Positions 10,026 to 20,200 of a stretch of 64,000 nucleotides of DNA are shown one piece after another. The notes beneath the pieces were generated by a model. That model had not been told where the DNA came from. It was given only the letters and a program-made list of their open reading frames with translations, and did not search any database. Made by a program: the position numbers and the translations under genes. The DNA is from Chthoniobacteraceae bacterium (GTDB lineage Bacteria > Verrucomicrobiota > Verrucomicrobiia > Chthoniobacterales > Chthoniobacteraceae). Position 1 is the stretch's first letter. Each line of letters opens with the position of its first letter. The stretch is taken from the NCBI GenBank assembly GCA_040081625.1, contig JBEBGD010000004.1, forward strand, positions 32,001 through 96,000. The letters run 5' to 3'.

Positions 10026-11461
10026 TGCGCCGCGCACTTCTCTGCCTCACCCTGCTCACCGCCGCCGCGTTCGCCGACGAGGCGGACTACTACCGCATCG
10101 TCACGCTCGACGCGCCGGCGGACCTGAAGCTCGAAGTCAGCGGAATCGCGCCGCTGCCGGACGGGCGCGTCGCGGTGAGTATCCGCAAAGGCGAGGTGTG
10201 GATCATCGACGGCGCGCTCGGCGACGCGCCGAAGTATTCGCGCTTCGCCAGCGGCCTGCACGAACCGCTCGGCCTCGCGTATCGCGACGGCGCATTTTAT
10301 ACCGTGCAGCGCACCGAGGTGACCAAGCTGCGCGACACCGACGGCGACGGGCGCGCGGATGAATACCTCACCTTCGCCAAGGGCTGGGGCGTGACCGGCA
10401 ACTACCACGAATACGCCTACGGGCCGGCCTTCGACCGCGAGGGCAACCTGTGGGTCACGCTCAATTGCTCGATGGGCAAGAAGCTCGACCCCGACGATCA
10501 GTGGCGCGGCTGGAGCTTGAAGATCCGGCCCGATGGTTCGTGGGAGCCGGTCAGCGGCGGATTCCGCTCGCCGTCCGGCCTCGGCTTCAACACCGCGGGC
10601 GATCTGTTCGTGACGGACCAGCAGGGAAACTGGATGGCCACGGGTCCGCTCTTCCACGTCGAGCCCGGCGTCTTTCACGGGCACACGTCGGCGCTCGAGT
10701 ATTGCAAGCTGCCCGGCGCGACATTTCGCATCGATGGCGAGATCCCGGAGACGCTCACCGTCGCCGAAGCCGCGAAGAAAGTGCCGCACTACCGACTGCC
10801 CGCGGTGTGGTTTCCGTATCGCAAGATGGGCATGAGCTGCACAGGCGTGCTGTGCGACACGACGGGTGGAAAGTTCGGCCCGTTTCGCGACCAGCTTTTC
10901 GTCGGCGACTTCACGATGTCGCTCATCACGCGCGTCTTTCTCGAGAAAGTGCGCGGTCGATATCAAGGCGCGTGCTTCCCCTTCCGGCAGGGATTCCAAA
11001 GCGCGGTCTTCCGCATGGAATGGGGCGCGGACGGCTCGATGTTCGTCGGCGAAACCAACCGCGGCTGGAACTCGCTCGGCTCGCGCGCCTACGGCCTCGA
11101 GCGGCTCGTGTGGACGGGCAAGGTGCCCTTCGAGGTGCAGAAAATGGAAGCGCAGCCCGACGGCTTCCGCCTCACCTTCACCGCGCCGATCGACCCCGCG
11201 AGCCTGCGCGCCGCCGATGCGCTGAAGCTCACGAGCTACACCTACAAGTTCCACTCGAACTACGGCAGCGACGAGATCGACCCGCGCGAGCTGGCGATCC
11301 GCTCGGTCGAGGTCGCGCCCGACGCGCTCAGCGCGCGGTTCGTCGTCGAAGGTCTGCGCGAGGGCTACGTCCACGAGCTGCATCTCCCCGGCGTGCGCTC
11401 CGCGAACGGCGCGCCGCTGCTACACGACGCGGCGTATTACACGCTCAACCAAATTCCCTGA
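10025..11461 (+). CDS. Secreted beta-propeller protein (glucose/sorbosone dehydrogenase-like, PVC type)
   Basis: Signal peptide. GLHEPLGL, DTDGDGRAD, YHEYAYGP and TDQQGNW motifs. Translationally coupled to the cytochrome (TAATG). Confidence 0.8.
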   Translation: MRRALLCLTLLTAAAFADEADYYRIVTLDAPADLKLEVSGIAPLPDGRVAVSIRKGEVWIIDGALGDAPKYSRFASGLHEPLGLAYRDGAFYTVQRTEVTKLRDTDGDGRADEYLTFAKGWGVTGNYHEYAYGPAFDREGNLWVTLNCSMGKKLDPDDQWRGWSLKIRPDGSWEPVSGGFRSPSGLGFNTAGDLFVTDQQGNWMATGPLFHVEPGVFHGHTSALEYCKLPGATFRIDGEIPETLTVAEAAKKVPHYRLPAVWFPYRKMGMSCTGVLCDTTGGKFGPFRDQLFVGDFTMSLITRVFLEKVRGRYQGACFPFRQGFQSAVFRMEWGADGSMFVGETNRGWNSLGSRAYGLERLVWTGKVPFEVQKMEAQPDGFRLTFTAPIDPASLRAADALKLTSYTYKFHSNYGSDEIDPRELAIRSVEVAPDALSARFVVEGLREGYVHELHLPGVRSANGAPLLHDAAYYTLNQIP

Positions 11462-11487
11462 GCGGCATCCCAAGCTGCCGCTTCCAG

Positions 11488-11922
11488 CTACGGTCCTACG
11501 CCGGCACGAAATGGATTCCTCACCACGACGCCGTTGTAACACTGCCCATTGCTGAGGTCTTCGCTCGCGATTTCCGCGCAGCCGTGGCGCACCGCCGTCG
11601 CGATGATCAGCGAATCCCAATACCGCGTCTGATACCGCCGGTGAACCGCGATCGCCTCGGCCACCAGTGTCGGCTCGATCGCGGCCACGATGAGCGCCGC
11701 CTGATACGCGAGCACCGCGCGTTCAGCCTCCTCGGAGGCGAGCAACTTCCGGCGGATGGCCGTCGCGTGGAAAAACTCGCCGAGCACCTGCGTCGAGATC
11801 ACTCCCTCGCCGCGTGCAGACAACTCCGCGATGAGCGCCAGCGCCGCCTGCTGTTTCCCCGCGTCGCTCGAATCACACGCATAGACGAGCACGTTCGTGT
11901 CGAGAAAGCACCTAACGCTCAT
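11488..11922 (-). CDS. PIN-domain (VapC-family) toxin
   Basis: FLDTNVLVYA, STQVLGEF, YWDSLIIATA, SEDL and NPF motifs. Confidence 0.92.
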   Translation of the reverse strand: MSVRCFLDTNVLVYACDSSDAGKQQAALALIAELSARGEGVISTQVLGEFFHATAIRRKLLASEEAERAVLAYQAALIVAAIEPTLVAEAIAVHRRYQTRYWDSLIIATAVRHGCAEIASEDLSNGQCYNGVVVRNPFRAGVGP

Positions 11923-12127
11923 GCAGTTCGTCGCGGCTCGTCCACGACTTGCCATCCATCGGTCGACTTAACTCCTGCAACGTCCGCATCAACCGCTCTG
12001 TCGCTCCCGGCTTTCCGCGCCCCGACTCCGCCGCGTCCAGCCGCGCTGCCACATGCCCGAGCAAAGCCCGCAGTTCGTCGGCGGACAAGTTGTCGGCGGC
12101 TTGTTCGATTTCGGCGAGCGTGCTCAT
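11912..12127 (-). CDS. Putative antitoxin
   Basis: 71-aa ORF overlapping the PIN toxin start, ending W(T)SRDELHER as many VapB-type partners do. Confidence 0.8.
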   Translation of the reverse strand: MSTLAEIEQAADNLSADELRALLGHVAARLDAAESGRGKPGATERLMRTLQELSRPMDGKSWTSRDELHER

Positions 12128-12134
12128 GGGCGTG

Positions 12135-12164
12135 AAAGTAGCACCCGGGCAGGAGCGGCGGCAA
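12135..12164 (-). promoter_or_regulatory. Sigma70-like promoter, leaderless, for the TA operon
   Basis: TTGCCG-N18-TACTTT (with TG extension), then 7 nt, then ATG. Confidence 0.55.
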
Positions 12165-12355
12165 GTGGGGATGCCCGCTCGTCATCTCTCGATTATCCGG
12201 TCACCAAGTTGCGGTCGCGGCTTCGGCGATCACGCGGGCATCCCGAGCGATCGGCAGCGCAAAAACAATCGCCATGCACGTGGCTTCCTCGCTAAGCAGC
12301 ACGCCGGTTCCGGCTTGAACTCGTCGCGAACCCAACCCCACGCATCCCTCCCACC

Positions 12356-13612
12356 ATGCAAACCGCCCTCAAAACCAAGCTCTCCGTGTTCATGTTCCTC
12401 CAGTATTTCATCTGGGGCTCGTGGTATGTGAGCATGGGCGCCTACCTCTCGAACACGCTCAAGTTTCCCGGCGCGCAGATCGGCCTCGCGTATGGCGCGT
12501 TCGCAATCGGCGCGATGATCTCGCCCTTTCTTGTCGGGCTGATCGCGGATCGTTTCTTCGCGTCGGAGAAGCTGCTCGCCGTGCTCGGCATCATCGGCGG
12601 CGCGGTGCTGTGCGCGCTGCCGCAATGCACGGAGTTCGGGACCTTCTACCCGATGCTCATTTTCTACTGCGCGCTCTATGTGCCCACGCTCGCGCTCGGA
12701 AACTCGCTCTCGCTTCACCATCTCGCGAATCCGAAGACCGACTTCCCGCGAGTGAAGATGCTCTCCGCCGTCGGCTGGATCGCGGGACTCGTCGCGCTGA
12801 ACCTGCTCAATGGCGCGGAGTCGCCCATCCAGTTCTACCTCGCGGGCGCATCGTCGATCGTGTTCGGCCTCTTCTCGCTCGCGCTGCCGCACACGCCGCC
12901 GCGCAAGACCGGCGCCGACGTGAGCCTCGGCGAGATCCTCGGGCTCGATGCGCTCGCGCTGCTGCGCAAGCCGTCGTTCGCGATCTTCATCGTGTGCATG
13001 TTCCTCATCTGCATCCCGCTCTACTTCTACTTCGTGAACCTCGGCATCTACCTCACCGAGTTGAAGTGGGAGAACATGCTCGTGAAGACCTCGTTCGCGC
13101 AGGTCTCGGATGTCTGCTTCTTCCTGCTGCTGCCGCTGTTCCTGCGGAAGCTCGGCTACAAGGTCACCATCTTCATGGGCATCGCGTGCTGGGTCGCGCG
13201 CTACTTCTCGCTCAGCGGCAGCGTGGATGCGGGCGCAGCGCAGACCGCGCTCATCTTCACGGCCATCCTGCTCCACGGCGCGTGCTACGACTTCCTCTTC
13301 ATCGCCGGCCAGCTCTACGTGGACGATGAAGCGAACGAGCGCATCCGCGGTGCGGCGCAGGGCTTCATCGCCTTCATCCTTTGGGGCGTCGGCGCCTTCG
13401 TCGGCACGCTGCTCGCGGGCAAGGTGCTCGCCGCGCACGCGTTCGCCGAACCCGTGAACGGCCTGTCGCACGACTGGGCCGCGATCTGGCGCATCCCCGC
13501 CTGGGGTTCCCTCGCGGTGCTCGTGATCTTCCTCATCTTTTTCCGCGAGCCGGCAAAGACTCACGCTCCGGCGATTGCGTCGCCGACCGCGGGCGAAGAC
13601 GCGCCGCCGTAG
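12356..13612 (+). CDS. MFS nucleoside:H+ symporter family (NupG/XapB/YegT-like)
   Basis: MFLQYFIWGSW, GLIADRFFASEK and LHGACYDF motifs; about 12 TM helices. Confidence 0.9.
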   Translation: MQTALKTKLSVFMFLQYFIWGSWYVSMGAYLSNTLKFPGAQIGLAYGAFAIGAMISPFLVGLIADRFFASEKLLAVLGIIGGAVLCALPQCTEFGTFYPMLIFYCALYVPTLALGNSLSLHHLANPKTDFPRVKMLSAVGWIAGLVALNLLNGAESPIQFYLAGASSIVFGLFSLALPHTPPRKTGADVSLGEILGLDALALLRKPSFAIFIVCMFLICIPLYFYFVNLGIYLTELKWENMLVKTSFAQVSDVCFFLLLPLFLRKLGYKVTIFMGIACWVARYFSLSGSVDAGAAQTALIFTAILLHGACYDFLFIAGQLYVDDEANERIRGAAQGFIAFILWGVGAFVGTLLAGKVLAAHAFAEPVNGLSHDWAAIWRIPAWGSLAVLVIFLIFFREPAKTHAPAIASPTAGEDAPP

Positions 13613-13621
13613 AACAGCGGG

Positions 13622-15028
13622 CTACTTCATCGACGCGACCATCTCGAGCAGACGCGCGAGGATCTTCTCCGACGCGTCGAACTCGAACCGGCTGGTGCCG
13701 AGCCACGTCTCGTAGCCGCCGAGCTTGTGCTGCCCGGGCGTCGGCAGGTAGCCGTAGTAGCCGCCGGAGTTTGAAACGATGAAGCTCTGCGCAAACCCGG
13801 CGCGCTTCTTAAAGGCGAGGCCGGTCTCGACGAAAACCTCGTTCGGGATGCCGCCGATCGCCACGTCGCCGATGCGCAGCGCACGCAGCGGCACGGGAAT
13901 CGTCGCGGGCCATTCGTTCAGGCGCGTGATGCGATCGGAGTAGATTTCATCGAGCGAAGTCGGCACGTCCGTCTTCGGCTGCGCGAGCAGTTCCTTCGCG
14001 CGGGCGAGCTGCTCGGGCGCCGGGCGGCGGATGCCGATCTCGATCGTGTCCATGCGGGCGCCGAGCGGCACCGTGTCCTTCCACTGGATCGTCTGGTAAG
14101 CCGTGTGCGCGGCCTGCGCGACGCGGTCGGCGACCTCGCGCATCTTCTCGTAGGGCTCGTATTTCTTCGCGGGCTTGCGGCTGTAGTCGTTGTTGTTGAT
14201 GTCGCCGCTGGTGCCGTTCGCGATCATCGCGACGAACGACGGCTCCTGCCGGTCGGCGCCGAGCAGTTGCTGAATCCGATCGGCGAAAAGCGCGAAGTAA
14301 TCCGCCGAGATGTGGCCTGCTCCCACTCCGCCGACGTAGTGCAGCGAGTAGCTCGCGAACACCGAGATCGGCCGGCCTTCCGGCGTGCGGACGGCGATGA
14401 GGCTGACCTCCGGGTCAGTCGGGCCTGCGGGGCGATCGAGGTTCGGGTTCGCGTAGCCAGGGTTCATCTTCACGAGGTCGGCCGTCGAGCCGAAGGGGTT
14501 CCTCGGCATCGTGCCGGGCTTCAGGAACCAGCGGCGGTTGAAGACCTCGCGCGGTTCGCTGCCGACGGCCCAGCCGATCTGCGCGGGCGCGAGGTTGTTC
14601 AGCGCGCGGCGCACGCCGTCGGCGATGCGGCGCGCGACGAAGCGCTGGTAGTCGTCGAGGTCCGCCTTGAGCGCGGCGCGATCCTTTCCCAGCGCGCTCT
14701 GCGCGGAGTGCGTGTGGGTGCAGGACATGAAGAGGTTCGCCGCCGGCAGCCCGGTTTCCTCGACGATCAGGCGCCGCGCTTCGTCATACATCCGCTCGCT
14801 CGCGCCGAGCAGATCGAGCACGACGATGGCGACCTTCGTCGCGCCGTCATCGAGCACGAGGCAGCGCGCGTGCAGGTCGTCGTGGACGTGCTTCGACGGA
14901 AATGGATGGAAGCCGCCGATGATTTCGCCGCCGAGCGGCGGCGTGATATTGCTGGTCGCCGCGCCGGCGCGGAAGGGCTGCGCGGCGGCGGGCAGAACGA
15001 GGAGAAGGCAGAGCAGGAGGATGCGCAT
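13622..15028 (-). CDS. Neutral/alkaline ceramidase-like secreted hydrolase
   Basis: Signal peptide. HDDLHARCLVLDDG, THTHS, SADYF, NGTSGDIN and GGYETW motifs. Confidence 0.8.
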   Translation of the reverse strand: MRILLLCLLLVLPAAAQPFRAGAATSNITPPLGGEIIGGFHPFPSKHVHDDLHARCLVLDDGATKVAIVVLDLLGASERMYDEARRLIVEETGLPAANLFMSCTHTHSAQSALGKDRAALKADLDDYQRFVARRIADGVRRALNNLAPAQIGWAVGSEPREVFNRRWFLKPGTMPRNPFGSTADLVKMNPGYANPNLDRPAGPTDPEVSLIAVRTPEGRPISVFASYSLHYVGGVGAGHISADYFALFADRIQQLLGADRQEPSFVAMIANGTSGDINNNDYSRKPAKKYEPYEKMREVADRVAQAAHTAYQTIQWKDTVPLGARMDTIEIGIRRPAPEQLARAKELLAQPKTDVPTSLDEIYSDRITRLNEWPATIPVPLRALRIGDVAIGGIPNEVFVETGLAFKKRAGFAQSFIVSNSGGYYGYLPTPGQHKLGGYETWLGTSRFEFDASEKILARLLEMVASMK

Positions 15029-15169
15029 GAGCCGAAGCTGCACGACGGGACAACCGGTGGTCAACTGGCGGAAAGTAGCTCACGCGTCCCTCCGAGGAGA
15101 TGCTGCGGTCCTGATCGGTCTTTCCAACGTGCCGCCCTTCCTCTTCGCGATGAAGCTCCACAGCGGCTC

Positions 15170-17092
15170 TTACTTCTTCTCCGTCGTGCGCAGGATTTCC
15201 GCAGGCACGGATTCCTTGGGCTTGTTGAAATCAGCACGCACGCTTCGCTCGGCGGGAAGCTGCAAGACTTCCTTCGGATCCATCGCGGTGCGGACGATGC
15301 ACACGGCGAGGAGCAGGCCGCCCCAGATGGCAGCCTGCGTCCACCAGTCGCGCCACCACGCCGGATCGCGCGGCACTTTCCCCTGATCCTCGCGACCCAC
15401 GCGCCACACCGCGCTGAAAGCCATGCCGGCGACGACCACGGCGAGGAACGACCATGAGAAAAAGTTGAAGCTCGTGTTTGCGCCGTTCGTCCCGCGCTCG
15501 TGGATAAACATCGGATCGAGAGCGCCGACGGTGATCAGCGTCGTCAGCCCGGCGGCGGTCCCCGCCGTCTTCGCGTGGAAGCTGATGCCGAAGAGTAGCG
15601 AGACGATGAATAACAGGACGAGGAAGGTGGAAAGGAGATGCCGCGGCTGCGGTTTGGACGCGGGTGGTTCGTTGCCCGCTTCGACTGCCGCGAACGGAGC
15701 CTTCACGACCGGCTTGCGGAGCGCATACCAGCACCACCCCGCGACGCCCGCACCCGCGAGCCCGCACAGGTGGATGATCAGATCGCCCGGCACGAAGACG
15801 CCGAGCGCGACAACGACCAGCGCGCAAATGCGGAGCAGACGGTCGTTGCCTCGGCGCTGGCCAAGGATCGTCAAACCCATCGCGGTGGCCGCGCCGCTGA
15901 GGAAGAACGTGAACTTCATCAGCTCGAAGGTGCGGGCCGTGGCATCGAGAGCGCCGCGCGAGTTATCGACGATCGTGAAGACGGTCGTGCGGATGACGCC
16001 TTGCAACCCGTAGCACACGCCGAAGATCGCGAGCATCAGGATCAGACTGATCGCGATCTCGCGCTTTCTTGCGGCGGAGCCAGTCGGCGCAGGGGCGACC
16101 GGCGGCTTGCCCGTCACTTTCTCCACGTCGTCGCGCACTTCGCTCGCGTGCTGGTAGCGGCGGTCGGCGTCGCGTTCGAGCGCGTGGAGCACGATCTCGT
16201 CGAGCCGCACGTCGATCCGCACGCGCTCGCTCGGCGGGGCGAAGCGGCCCATCGGGACTTCGCCGGTGAGCATCTCGTAGAAGACGACGCCAAGGCTGTA
16301 GATGTCGGCGCGGTGATCGACGGTCTCCGGTTTGTCGAGTTGCTCGGGCGCCATGTAGCGCGGGGTGCCGAGCGTCATGCCGCTGTGCGTGAGCGTGTGG
16401 TCGGTCGTCTCGCGGCGCAGCAGCTTCGCGAGTCCGAAGTCGGCGATCTTCACGCGGCCGCGTTTGTCGATGAGGATGTTCTCCGGCTTGATGTCGCGAT
16501 GAACGACGCCTTCCTCGTGCGCAAATTGCAGCGCGTCGCAGATCTTCGGCACGACCGCGATCGCCTCCTCGGGCTTCATTTTCCCCGAGCGGATCATGTC
16601 GCGCAGGTTCACGCCATCGACGAACTCCATCGCGAAGTAATACAGCCCGCCGCTCTCGCCGAAGTCGTGGACGCCGACGATGTTCGGGTGGCTGAGCTTC
16701 GCGAGCGAGCGCGCCTCGCGGCGAAAACGCTCGACGAAATCCGGCGAGAGCGCGTCGGCGGGCGGGAGGATTTTCAGCGCGACGATGCGGTCGAGTTGCA
16801 ACTGCCGCGCCTTATAGACGACGCCCATCCCGCCGCGGCCGAGCAGCGAGAGGAACTCGAACTGCGGCAGGCGGCGCGCGACATCCGCCATGTCGCCGAT
16901 GTCGGGGAAGTCGGCATGGAGCGCCGGCGTCCCGCCGGCTGGAGTGTGTGTGGTCGTCGTGGCCGGCGAGGACGCCGGCGCTCCTACGGCGGCACTCAGC
17001 AGGCAGCGCGCGCAGAGACCCTCGGGCGCGTTGCCGGCCATCGGCTGGCCGCATTGGTTGCAGGTGTTCATGGCGGGTTCGGGTGAATTCAT
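15170..17092 (-). CDS. Membrane Ser/Thr protein kinase (Hanks type)
   Basis: N-terminal CxxC...CxxC ribbon. GRGGMG, VALK, HRDIKPEN, DFG and GTPRYMAPE motifs. C-terminal TMs. Confidence 0.95.
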   Translation of the reverse strand: MNSPEPAMNTCNQCGQPMAGNAPEGLCARCLLSAAVGAPASSPATTTTHTPAGGTPALHADFPDIGDMADVARRLPQFEFLSLLGRGGMGVVYKARQLQLDRIVALKILPPADALSPDFVERFRREARSLAKLSHPNIVGVHDFGESGGLYYFAMEFVDGVNLRDMIRSGKMKPEEAIAVVPKICDALQFAHEEGVVHRDIKPENILIDKRGRVKIADFGLAKLLRRETTDHTLTHSGMTLGTPRYMAPEQLDKPETVDHRADIYSLGVVFYEMLTGEVPMGRFAPPSERVRIDVRLDEIVLHALERDADRRYQHASEVRDDVEKVTGKPPVAPAPTGSAARKREIAISLILMLAIFGVCYGLQGVIRTTVFTIVDNSRGALDATARTFELMKFTFFLSGAATAMGLTILGQRRGNDRLLRICALVVVALGVFVPGDLIIHLCGLAGAGVAGWCWYALRKPVVKAPFAAVEAGNEPPASKPQPRHLLSTFLVLLFIVSLLFGISFHAKTAGTAAGLTTLITVGALDPMFIHERGTNGANTSFNFFSWSFLAVVVAGMAFSAVWRVGREDQGKVPRDPAWWRDWWTQAAIWGGLLLAVCIVRTAMDPKEVLQLPAERSVRADFNKPKESVPAEILRTTEKK

Positions 17093-17100
17093 GTCACCCT

Positions 17101-17129
17101 GTTCAGAAGAAATCCCGCCGAAAGGTTAC
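17101..17129 (-). promoter_or_regulatory. Candidate ECF-sigma promoter GTAACC-N14-CTTCTGAAC
   Basis: Same motif and spacing as at 20312-20340, both just upstream of kinase starts. Confidence 0.6.
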
Positions 17130-17168
17130 CGACTATTTTCGCCCGAGTCCCGGGGGGCGGGCGGAAAA

Positions 17169-17220
17169 TGCATTCGAGGCCGAGGGTCGGTGTTTGCGTC
17201 ATCGCAGTGGTGGTTCTGCC
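17169..17220 (-). repeat. Degenerate copy of the 5' end of the upstream kinase gene
   Basis: 45/52 nt identical to 20258-20309 by hand alignment. Confidence 0.85.
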
Positions 17221-17255
17221 TGGTTTTGGGGTTTCCTCAGCAAAGGTTGCGAAGT

Positions 17256-20200
17256 TCATCGCGGCACGAGCCAGGTGCCGGCGAGCAGGTCGGGCAGGCT
17301 CCGTTTGCAGCGCGCAGCAGAATAGACCACCAGGCAGACGACGACCGCTCCGACGAGACCGAACGCCGTCGGCGATTTGAGCGCAGGCACGAGAAGCGCG
17401 GCAACGAAAACGCCGAGCGGCATCCACGACCACGCGACGAACGCGCGCCAGAGGAGACGCCAGCGCGAGGCGTCGGAGCCATCGCGTCGGACCACGGCGA
17501 TGCCGAGCGAGCGCATGAGCAGCCCGCCGCGAAAGAAGAGCGCGGCGACGACGCTGAAGAGCGCGGTCCAGATGAATCCGCCGAACGGCATCGCGATCCA
17601 CAGCGCCGTGTCGGGGCCATGGCTCACTTCGCCGAAACGCTTCCCGATATTCAGCTCGCCGTCGGCATCGATGGCGCCTCCGAGCCCGGCGCGGGCGGCG
17701 GTCATCGCATCGGCGGACGGCGGCGGGTCGAATTTGTTGACGATCCGCTCGGCGCGCTCCCGCTGCTCCGCCGGCACCGTGCTCACCGCGTAAAAGGCCG
17801 ACCACACCTCGGGGTTCTTCACCAATGGCCCGAAGCGGCCCGCGATGAAGGTCTCCGCGGGCTCAAGGCCGATCGCGGGCTTCACGTCGCGCGGAAATAT
17901 CCCCTGCGCCATGCGTTCGTGAATATCGAGTGCGGTGCGCAGCCGGAGGATGTCGGGATTGCCTTGCGCCCAGGAGGCATAGGCCATCAAGCCGATGGCC
18001 ATGAACACGCCCAGGAGCAGCGTGGGAATGACGCAGCCGGCCACGAGCCCGAGGCGGCGGGCGTGCGTGATGACCGGTCGCTGCCGCACGAGCGCGCTGA
18101 GTTCGCCCGCGAGCGCGGTGAAATCGACCGCCGCACGCAGGCCGTGCAGGAAGCCGCGTGCGCGGACCGCCACCGGCACGCGGACCGCGCCGGTGCGCGC
18201 CTCCTCCCCGGTCGCGACGCGGCCCTCGAGCGCGGAGATGGCGATTTGATTGAGGAAGACGGCAGGCTCAAGGAGTGGGGGCGTTCCTCCCCCATCGGAT
18301 TCGGTCGGGGCCGGGACGGCCCCGCTCCCTGGCGCGGGGAAATCGAGCAGCTTTGCGCCGCCGCTCGCGGTGATCCAGATGCGGTCCAGCGCGAGCGTCT
18401 CGGGCATCGAGCCGTCGCGCATGGCGGCGGCGAATTCCGCGGCGAGATCGAGCAGCCAGTGGCGCACGCTTTTCCACGACTGCGGAGCGCGCAGGAGCGC
18501 GGTGAGCGGCGTGCCCGACGCGGCCTCGTAGGCGTCCCACGATTCCCCATCGCCGCGCCGGCCTTGCAACCAGCGCAGACGACCGGGCCGCGCCGCGTGG
18601 CTCAGCCCGGCGGCGACCGGCGCGGTGTCGGCGGGCACTTCGCGAATCCACACCCGGCGCAGCAGCTTCGCATCGTAGCCGAGGAAGAAGCCGCCTTCGG
18701 CGCTGAGCGGCGCGAGCACGTGATACGGTCCGACCTGCCGCATCGCCTGCGTCGTCGCGACGGGCTCCTCGCTGGGCGCCAGTGCTTCGCGGCCCTCGTA
18801 GGCCGTCCTTTGGATCACGCGCGTCTTCGTCAGCAGATCGATCACCGTGGCGTAGCCATTGTGCCGTCGCGCCGTGCTCGCGAGCAGCGCCGGGTAGAGG
18901 TAATAGGCGATGAGCCCGACGAACTGCCAGGCCACCCCGGCCGTCGCCGCATGGGCGCCGAGGGAAAAGAGAACCGTCACGATCGTCGGCACGAGATAGA
19001 TCAGCGCGCGCAGCGTCGCGCGGCCCATCCCCGGCGCCTGGCGGTCGAGCCCGCCGACGCGCAAGCCCACCAGCGCCTTGCCCGGAGTCGCGCCCCAGCG
19101 CCCTTCGCAGACCGCGAAGTAGGCGATTTCAAAAAGCAGCACACCCACGCCATACCAAAGCCACCGCGGCGACTCCATCGCCGCTCCGTCCATGATCCCC
19201 TGCAAATCGCCGAACATCAGCAGTTGCACCGGCAGCGTCACGGCCACGAAGACCACCGCATCGATCAACGCCGCCGCGAAGCGCAGCGCGAGCGTCGCCG
19301 GCGTCGGCGCCGTTGTCCCAAAGGGCCGCAGCGCGCGCCTCAGTTCGTCGTAGCCCTTCCACCGATCGCCCGACTGCTTCGCCAGGCAGCGCAGGATGAT
19401 TCGCGCCAGCGCCTCGGGGATTTCCGGGCGGAAGGTGCGCGGCGACGGCGCGGATTTTTCCAGCACGGTGGCGAGCAGCGCGACGAGGTTTTCTCCCTCG
19501 AACGGCGCGCGCCCGGTAAGCAGGTAGTAGAGCGTGACGCCGACCGAGTAGATGTCCGCGCGCACGTCGAGCGCTTCGCCGCGGAGCTGCTCGGGCGCGG
19601 AAAAGGCGGGCGTGCCGAGGATCGAACCGGCGGCGGTGAGCGCGGAGTCGCCGCGCGAGAGCGTGGAGATCGAGAGTCCGAAGTCGCCGACTTTCACCGC
19701 GCCGCCCGGCTCGATGAAGCAGTTCGACGGCTTCACATCGCGATGCAGGATGCCCGCGGTGTGCGCGGCTTCGAGTCCGGCGATGACTTGCAGGATCGCA
19801 TCGACTGCCTCGCCGACCGGCATCGGGCCGCCCGCCTTCACGCGGTCGTGCAGCGTGCCGCCGGGGACGAGTTCCATCGTGATGACCGGCGTGTCGTCGA
19901 TCTCCTCGGTGCCATACACATAAACCGAGTTTGGGTGATTGATCGCCGCCGCGAGCCGCCCCTCGCGGATGAAGCGCTTGCGCGAATCCGCCGAGTCGAG
20001 CGAATGCCCGAGCACCTTCAGCGCGATGCGCCGACCGCTCGCGGAGTCCTCCGCTTCATACACCGCGCCCATGCCGCCGCGCCCGAGCAGCCGCAGCACG
20101 CGGTAGCTGCCGAAATCGAACGGGAACTCCGGCGGCGCCACCAGCGTCCGCGCGCCGGCGCTGCCGATGGAGCCGTCGATGCGCTGGGTGGCGAGGCCCG

